IMG/VR virus record: IMGVR_UViG_3300033182_000943
Coordinates: 1 to 63,597 of that record
DNA length: 63,597 nucleotides
Source of the DNA: a virus
Lineage: Duplodnaviria > Caudoviricetes
Strand: one strand, 5' to 3'
The position numbers and the translations under genes are program-made. The notes under the pieces are model-generated. The model made no database searches, had not been told where the DNA came from, and saw only the letters and a program-made list of their open reading frames with translations. Each line of letters begins with the position of its first letter. The first letter of the stretch is position 1. This document shows, one piece after another, positions 57,847 to 63,597 of the stretch.

Positions 57847-58500
57847 GTGATTTACATAGGAATAGACTTCTCTCTTAATAGTCCAGCTGTTTGTACACAA
57901 GATAACAAAGGTAAGTACAGATTCATTTCATTTTTTAATTTTGGTAACCGTCTTTGGGAAAGCGAAAAGATCCCAAAGGCATTTTCTGTGCATAAGGAAC
58001 TTTCCGATGATAATACAATTTTAGCAATACCCTATAACAGACAAGTTGACAGTAAAGACTTTCTTACTAGGGAGAGGCAGAAGTTAGACGATGGTGCTGC
58101 AATTGCTCAACTTATGTCTGATGTTCTAATTACTTTTTACGGTACCCAAAATGTTACAATTGGTCTTGAAGGATTTTCTTATGGATCTAAAGGTAACTCC
58201 TTTATCGACATTGTACAATACAATACCTTTTTAAGAAATGCTATTTTGCAAACATATGGGTCAGAAAAGATAAATGTATTTCAACCATCTCATGTAAAGA
58301 AATTGGCTGGTAAAGGTAATGCAAATAAACACTACATGGTTAAGGCATTTCAAGATGATGTCTTTAATGATAAAGACCTTAGAGATACAAAATTTTGGAA
58401 ATGGTGTAAAGGAAAGGACTTTTCGGAAAAGATCCCAAAACCTATTGATGATCTTGTAGATTCATACTTTATACTTAAATCTATACAAGCTAACCAATAA
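57847..58500 (+). CDS. RuvC-like Holliday junction resolvase
   Basis: IGIDFSLNSPA, LEGFSYGS, VKKLAGKGNANK, DDLVDSY; GTG start. Confidence 0.85.
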   Translation: MIYIGIDFSLNSPAVCTQDNKGKYRFISFFNFGNRLWESEKIPKAFSVHKELSDDNTILAIPYNRQVDSKDFLTRERQKLDDGAAIAQLMSDVLITFYGTQNVTIGLEGFSYGSKGNSFIDIVQYNTFLRNAILQTYGSEKINVFQPSHVKKLAGKGNANKHYMVKAFQDDVFNDKDLRDTKFWKWCKGKDFSEKIPKPIDDLVDSYFILKSIQANQ

Positions 58501-58530
58501 ATACTATTCTTTCAATCAATTAGTTAAATT

Positions 58531-58557
58531 TTATATTGTAGATCCAGAAAATAGTTT
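58531..58557 (-). promoter_or_regulatory. antisense class II promoter AAAC-N18-TATAA
   Basis: Reverse complement reads GAAACTATTTTCTGGATCTACAATATAAAA. Confidence 0.5.
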
Positions 58558-58567
58558 CAGCTTTTTT

Positions 58568-58855
58568 ATGATAAAGGCAATAAAAAATAGAATAATTCTT
58601 ATAAAGGATGAACAACCAGACAAAATTGGTTTAATCTATGTACCGAAATTAGAAGGGCAGCACGCACCGCCTTATTCAGGTACAATCATTTCAGTAGGCC
58701 CAGGCGTAGAAGATACTGATTATGTGGAGGGTGCTCGTGTACTATTCCACGACTTAGCAGGTACCGAATTTGAAGTTGATGGACAAAAAGTGTTTAGTAT
58801 CAGGGATAACGATGTGACTGCAATACTTTATGATAAAAATATTCAAATTCGCTGA
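58568..58855 (+). CDS. groES: co-chaperonin GroES
   Basis: NRIIL, GLIYVP, GTIISVGPG, GARVLF, IRDNDV. Confidence 0.88.
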   Translation: MIKAIKNRIILIKDEQPDKIGLIYVPKLEGQHAPPYSGTIISVGPGVEDTDYVEGARVLFHDLAGTEFEVDGQKVFSIRDNDVTAILYDKNIQIR

Positions 58856-58881
58856 AACTAAGTAGGGAATTGGATATATAA
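58855..58881 (+). promoter_or_regulatory. overlapping class II and class III promoters for the SSB gene
   Basis: AAAC-N18-TATAA with embedded GATATATA. Confidence 0.6.
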
Positions 58882-58918
58882 TTAACAAAGGAACTGATTA
58901 TTCAGGGACTTTTAAACT

Positions 58919-59031
58919 GGCACTAACGAGGCAAAGAATATTGGCAATTCCCGGGCAAGCAAATAGGCAATGCTAAGTTAGGCTTTTAATAAACAAAAGT
59001 TAAACTTAAAAAAAGGCAAAGTAAAATGGCA
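58919..59031 (+). repeat. GGCA array in the SSB leader
   Basis: GGCA at 58919, 58930, 58943, 58954, 58966, 59015 and 59028. Confidence 0.8.
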
Positions 59032-59931
59032 AATGAATTTGACATCTTCAGTGTAAGCGTTAATGACCTTGACACTGGCGACAGAGAAAGAACCGCTGGT
59101 TCTGATCTCTACGCCCCGAAGCCCGACCAAGGGCAAGACGGTACTTACCGTTCTCTAATTAGGTTTCTACCTAACATTAAAAATCCACGTAAACCTTTCG
59201 TTCGTAAATTCGTTTATTGGTTAGAAGACCGTGACGGAAATGGTTTCTACGCTGATTCACCATCAACAGTTGGAGATAAGTGTCCAGTACAGGATATGTT
59301 CTTTAAACTTCGTAATAGTGAATCTGCTGTAGACAAAAAAATGTCTGAAAGTTTAAAGCGTAGAGAAGTATTCTATGCGTTGGTTCAAATCGTAAAGGAT
59401 CCACAAAACAGAGATCTTGAAGGTCAAATCAAAGTATTCAAATTTGGATATAAGATTAAGACTAAGATTGATGAAGAATTGAATCCACAGTTTGATGAAC
59501 CTACTCAGGTATTTGATCCGTTTGAAGGTAAGAACTTTGAATTGGTAATCTCTAAGAAAGGTGGTTATCCTAACTATGATTCTTGTAAATTCCAAGGTTC
59601 TAAATCTGCAATGGCTATCCAAGGTGAAAATGTAACTGATTCCGACGAAGGAAGAAAGGCAATCTTGGAATACCTTAAGGATGCACCTGATCTTGGTAAC
59701 TTTGATTACAAGGCATGGACTGACGAAACGCGTAACAAAGTAATGAATGTACTTTCTCAATACAGCTCGCCGGGGGCTTCTATTGAAACTGTTATGAAAA
59801 AGTCTGAACCTACATCCCAACCAAAGAAAGTTGAAAAAGCGGCTGAAGCCGTAACTGAAACTGCCGAAGCTTCAACAGATTCTTCAGGCGGAGACGACTT
59901 TGATGATTTCATTAACGGATTAGATCTTTAA
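59026..59931 (+). CDS. single-stranded DNA-binding protein (T4 gp32-like)
   Basis: IRFLP, CPV, GQIKVFKFG, FDPFEGKNF, NYDSCKF; acidic tail. Confidence 0.92.
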   Translation: MANEFDIFSVSVNDLDTGDRERTAGSDLYAPKPDQGQDGTYRSLIRFLPNIKNPRKPFVRKFVYWLEDRDGNGFYADSPSTVGDKCPVQDMFFKLRNSESAVDKKMSESLKRREVFYALVQIVKDPQNRDLEGQIKVFKFGYKIKTKIDEELNPQFDEPTQVFDPFEGKNFELVISKKGGYPNYDSCKFQGSKSAMAIQGENVTDSDEGRKAILEYLKDAPDLGNFDYKAWTDETRNKVMNVLSQYSSPGASIETVMKKSEPTSQPKKVEKAAEAVTETAEASTDSSGGDDFDDFINGLDL

Positions 59932-59935
59932 TCCT

Positions 59936-61006
59936 ATGGCAACGGAAGTAGTAATTTCTTCTGAGATGAGAACTCGGATTATCGATAAGATAGTCCGGGT
60001 TCTTCATCATAGCCATTCTCACCCAGAGAAAAGAAGACCGTTAGAGAGTAGGGACCGCTTAAATTTTGCATGTCCTTACTGTGGCGATTCCTCTGATAAC
60101 CCTAGAAAGAAAAGAGGTAACCTTTATTGGAACGATCTGTATGTACACTGTTACAATTGCTCTGCTCATGTTTCATTAGATGTATTCCTAAAGGATCATA
60201 ATCTAAATTTTGAAGGAGAAGATAGAGTAGAGGTTTTAAATTACATAAAGGAAAATAAAAGAAACTTTTCATTTGGTGAAAGTTTAGACTTTTACCTTTT
60301 TGATAAAGCAAAAGAACTTGCATTAACCTTTGATGAAATAGCATTAGGATTTAATGTCTATCCAATTAATTCATTAACATATAGAGCTTATCCATATCTT
60401 AAGAGTAGATTACTTCATCATAAAGCTGCTCACTTCGGATATGACCCTCGTAGAAAAGAACTCTTTGTTTTTAACCTAACACCAGAAGGTAAGATATTAG
60501 GTTTTCAAACTAGAGCATTAGATGGAAATGGCCCTAAATACAAAACATGGAATATCCAAAGAATTTATGATAGATTAAAGAAGCCACTGAATGTATCCGA
60601 TGAAGAGTTAGATAATCTTAATAAGATATCAATGTTGTTTGGTATTCTTACGGCTGACTTTAGTAGAGAATTCACTGTATTTGAAGGTCCTATAGATTCT
60701 ATGTTTATGACAAATTCAATAGGCTTAACTGGAGTTAAGAAACAGATTATTGAATTCAATGAAATACCTACGGTGAGGTACTTTTTTGATAATGATGTTG
60801 AAGGTAAAACCAGAATGATAGAAAAACTTAAAGCAGGTCAACATGTATTTATGTGGGATAAGTTTTTAAAGGATTATGCTATACCAAGTAAAAAGGTAAA
60901 AGACCTTAATGATTTGGTTAAGTATGAATACTCTAATCGTACTGGGTGCCTTAAAGAGATTGATAGATATTTTACAAATAACCACTTGGACATTATTTTT
61001 ATATGA
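59936..61006 (+). CDS. DNA primase (T4 gp61-like)
   Basis: CPYCGDS...HCYNC Zn finger; FEGPIDS and FDND TOPRIM; KDLND. Confidence 0.92.
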   Translation: MATEVVISSEMRTRIIDKIVRVLHHSHSHPEKRRPLESRDRLNFACPYCGDSSDNPRKKRGNLYWNDLYVHCYNCSAHVSLDVFLKDHNLNFEGEDRVEVLNYIKENKRNFSFGESLDFYLFDKAKELALTFDEIALGFNVYPINSLTYRAYPYLKSRLLHHKAAHFGYDPRRKELFVFNLTPEGKILGFQTRALDGNGPKYKTWNIQRIYDRLKKPLNVSDEELDNLNKISMLFGILTADFSREFTVFEGPIDSMFMTNSIGLTGVKKQIIEFNEIPTVRYFFDNDVEGKTRMIEKLKAGQHVFMWDKFLKDYAIPSKKVKDLNDLVKYEYSNRTGCLKEIDRYFTNNHLDIIFI

Positions 61007-61215
61007 TTAAGAATTTCATAACATTTGTAAACGAACAGTTTGATGATTTCTATGAAGACTTTGAAGATAGTCAAAAAAGACTTAAGCTGTTTGCTAAATT
61101 TACAAAGAGTGAATTGAATCATGAAGAAAAAGGAATTAAGATCGGTAATCCTAAGAAAAGGTTTCAACCTAAAGTAAAGGTTATGTCTAAGAAAACTGAT
61201 AAAGGAATATTTTAA
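61003..61215 (+). CDS. hypothetical protein
   Basis: 70 aa; MIKNFITFVNE. Confidence 0.65.
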   Translation: MIKNFITFVNEQFDDFYEDFEDSQKRLKLFAKFTKSELNHEEKGIKIGNPKKRFQPKVKVMSKKTDKGIF

Positions 61216-61664
61216 TGGCGTTTGATGATACACAGATAAAACAGGCTAATGAAGAATTAGAAACTCGGTTGGCCAATGATCGTATAGATTGGAAAAATAA
61301 GATCAATGATCTTGTCCATAAGATTAAGAATATGAATGACTTGGCAGAATGTCAGGTTAATATGCTATCCTATAGACAAATACTTTTAGATAAGGTTACT
61401 GATTTTAAGACCATGATATATAAAAGGAACGCGACATGGGAAAGATACTATCGCCAGCAATATCGTGAATATACTCTTGACTATGATGTAAAGTTAACGA
61501 GTGGTGAAAAACACCAATTCATTAAAGCCGACCTATCTGCACTAAGAACACAGATTGATATGTTACAATCCCATGTTGATTATTATTATGAATGCATTAA
61601 GACATTGGATAATATGGCATTTGCAATTCGTAATAGAATTAGACTTGATGACGAACAACAATAA
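61215..61664 (+). CDS. uvsY: recombination mediator, UvsY-like
   Basis: Helical; IKAD...IKTLDNMAFAIRNRI; directly upstream of UvsW. Confidence 0.75.
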   Translation: MAFDDTQIKQANEELETRLANDRIDWKNKINDLVHKIKNMNDLAECQVNMLSYRQILLDKVTDFKTMIYKRNATWERYYRQQYREYTLDYDVKLTSGEKHQFIKADLSALRTQIDMLQSHVDYYYECIKTLDNMAFAIRNRIRLDDEQQ

Positions 61665-63166
61665 TGGAACTATCACTCTCTGATAATAAAAAGTTTTTGG
61701 TTATTGACTCATGTACTGAATTGGAATATGAGCAGCTAAAAAGTAGCTTAACCAAAAAGATTGAAGGATGGCGATTCCACCCTTTGGTTAAAAAGAGAGT
61801 GTGGGACGGTAACATTTCATTCATTAAACGTAATAAGATACCTGCCGGTTTATGGAAAGAGGTCATTGATATTTGTAAAGAATATGATCTTAAGTATAGC
61901 CTTAACGGTATAACTGAAATCTTTGATACCAATATCAAGGAATCAGACTTTTTAGATTGGGTTGAAGACTTTTTTAAGGATTCTGATATTAAGCCTAGGG
62001 ATTATCAAATTGACGCAGCCTTTAAGATCCTAAGGTACCGCCGCTGTCTTGCTGAACTAGCAACCTCTGCTGGTAAAACTCTTATCTCATTTATGGTGGT
62101 TGCCTATATGATGGAACAATTAGGTATTAAGAAAATTTTGATGATCGTACCTAACGTTAGTTTGGTTGTACAGGCTACTGGAGATTTTGAACAATACAAT
62201 AAAAGTAGAGTTCCAATCAGAATCCAACAGATTTATGCAGGCGTTAAGATAAGAAAAAGCTCAAACATTGTTATTGGTACTTATCAATCGTTAACCAAGA
62301 AAGATGAGGAATACTTCCAACAGTTTGATGCTGTCTTTGTAGATGAGACTCATAAGGCAAAGGCAAACTCAATTCAGAAAATCATGGATATGTGTTGGCA
62401 TTGTGATTATCGTTTTGGTCTTAGTGGAACTATTCCAAAAAGAGGTACGGTTAATCGCTTAAGTCTTATGTCAGCCATGGGACCTTTGGTTACACAAGTT
62501 AAAGCCAATTACCTACAAGACGAAGGGCATATTGCAAAATGTAAAGTGTTACAGATCCACATGGATTATGCAACTAATGAACAGAAGGAAGCATTCTCTA
62601 ACTTATCTAAAAATCCTTATGATAGACAAAAACTGTTTACATTAGAACAAAACTTTATTAACCAGAGCGACAAAAGGCTAGAGTTTGTATGTAATGTAAT
62701 TAAAAAGTCAACTTCTAATTCTCTTGTCCTATTCCATAAAATTGCATACGGGGAAAGACTCTATCAAAAGCTAAGAGAAATAACAGATAAGAAAATCTAT
62801 TATGTAGATGGCTCGGTTAATGCAGAGATCCGCGAAGAGTTTAAAAAGAGAATGGAAAAAAATGATGATGTAATTATTGTTGCGTCTTATGGTACTTTTT
62901 CTACAGGTATTTCCATTAAAAATATACATAACATCTTTTTTACAGAATCATTTAAGTCTGAGGTTATTATTAGACAATCAATCGGTCGTGGTTTAAGAAA
63001 GCATGCATCTAAAGATACTGTTAAGATTTATGACTTTATTGATGACTTTAGATATAAAACTGAAGATCATGATTGGTTAAACTATATTTACCGCCACGGC
63101 ATGTCACGGAGAACAATTTACAAAGAAGAGAAATTTCCATTTGATGTACAAAATATCAAATTCTAA
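61664..63166 (+). CDS. uvsW: UvsW-like SF2 DNA helicase
   Basis: WDGNI, RDYQ, ATSAGKT, DETH, GLSGT, STGISIKN, QSIGRGLR. Confidence 0.93.
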   Translation: MELSLSDNKKFLVIDSCTELEYEQLKSSLTKKIEGWRFHPLVKKRVWDGNISFIKRNKIPAGLWKEVIDICKEYDLKYSLNGITEIFDTNIKESDFLDWVEDFFKDSDIKPRDYQIDAAFKILRYRRCLAELATSAGKTLISFMVVAYMMEQLGIKKILMIVPNVSLVVQATGDFEQYNKSRVPIRIQQIYAGVKIRKSSNIVIGTYQSLTKKDEEYFQQFDAVFVDETHKAKANSIQKIMDMCWHCDYRFGLSGTIPKRGTVNRLSLMSAMGPLVTQVKANYLQDEGHIAKCKVLQIHMDYATNEQKEAFSNLSKNPYDRQKLFTLEQNFINQSDKRLEFVCNVIKKSTSNSLVLFHKIAYGERLYQKLREITDKKIYYVDGSVNAEIREEFKKRMEKNDDVIIVASYGTFSTGISIKNIHNIFFTESFKSEVIIRQSIGRGLRKHASKDTVKIYDFIDDFRYKTEDHDWLNYIYRHGMSRRTIYKEEKFPFDVQNIKF

Positions 63167-63228
63167 TATGTAATATCTTTCTTGATGTACATGGATATAT
63201 AAAAAAAGAACAAAAAAAGCAATTTACA

Positions 63229-63597
63229 ATGAAGCCTATTAAAAAGTTTTCAACGATTTCAACTGGTACTACTAAAAGTACCGACTCTATTTTGGAATCT
63301 GCAAATCTTAGCCCAGAAGCATTAGCTGAACTCGTTCAGAAACTGGGTTATAACAATATTGATGAAGTAAAGAAAGAAAAAGCTTTACTTTCTAAGTTAG
63401 AAGCTCTACTTAAAGAGTTTGCCCCTAAGGACGATGTTAGCGAAGACGATGCTGAAGATATCGAAGATGAGATTGTTGCTATGGGAGAACCTAAATCATT
63501 GGAAGATGAAGAAGGTGAAAAGGAAGAAGATAAAGAAGTAGGTGCTGAAGGCGAGGTTGCTGAATCTGACGATGACGATGACAACGATGACGACGAA
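63229..63597 (+). CDS. highly acidic protein, 3' end beyond window (possible prohead core/internal protein)
   Basis: MKPIKKFST...ILES...D/E-rich; preceded by GATATATA 63194-63201. Confidence 0.7.
   Translation, partial: MKPIKKFSTISTGTTKSTDSILESANLSPEALAELVQKLGYNNIDEVKKEKALLSKLEALLKEFAPKDDVSEDDAEDIEDEIVAMGEPKSLEDEEGEKEEDKEVGAEGEVAESDDDDDNDDDE

Noticed and set aside
15254-63166. Inteins or introns in ligase, primase or UvsW
   Set aside because: Lengths are ordinary, motifs are contiguous, and no splice-junction or homing-endonuclease motifs were seen.

Overview
This window is a gene-dense, mostly plus-strand fragment of a large lytic T4-like (myovirus, probably jumbo) phage genome. The host is most likely in Bacteroidota: leaders are A-rich and lack Shine-Dalgarno motifs, promoters are TAnnTTT-like, and the bS21 is Bacteroidota-type. 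Layout: (1) 1-6.4 kb has small ORFs and a putative early module (Cys/His protein, RadA/KaiC-like ATPase, DUF932-like protein) bracketed by two hairpin-dense non-coding blocks. (2) 6.5-9.9 kb has nine tRNAs, including a rare tRNA-Ile(UAU), followed by ribosomal protein bS21. (3) 10-18 kb has accessory and metabolic genes: HAD phosphatases, PspC, glucosaminidase, a sulfotransferase-like protein, DnaJ, DNA ligase and dCMP deaminase (a thioredoxin lies earlier, at 7.9 kb). (4) 18-57 kb is a virion, baseplate and fibre module interrupted by a four-domain bS1 homologue, an Rmt2/GAMT-like methyltransferase and an amidoligase. (5) 57-63.6 kb has a RuvC-like nuclease, GroES, gp32 SSB, primase, UvsY and UvsW. 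The most interesting signals are a candidate translation-takeover system (bS21, bS1, methyltransferase, tRNAs, and hairpin-gated late start codons), a ~0.8 kb structured non-coding region, an mRNA with complementary ends abutting a tRNA, a GGCA array in the SSB leader, and an antisense promoter into the resolvase gene. All calls come from reading the sequence by eye; no database searches were run.
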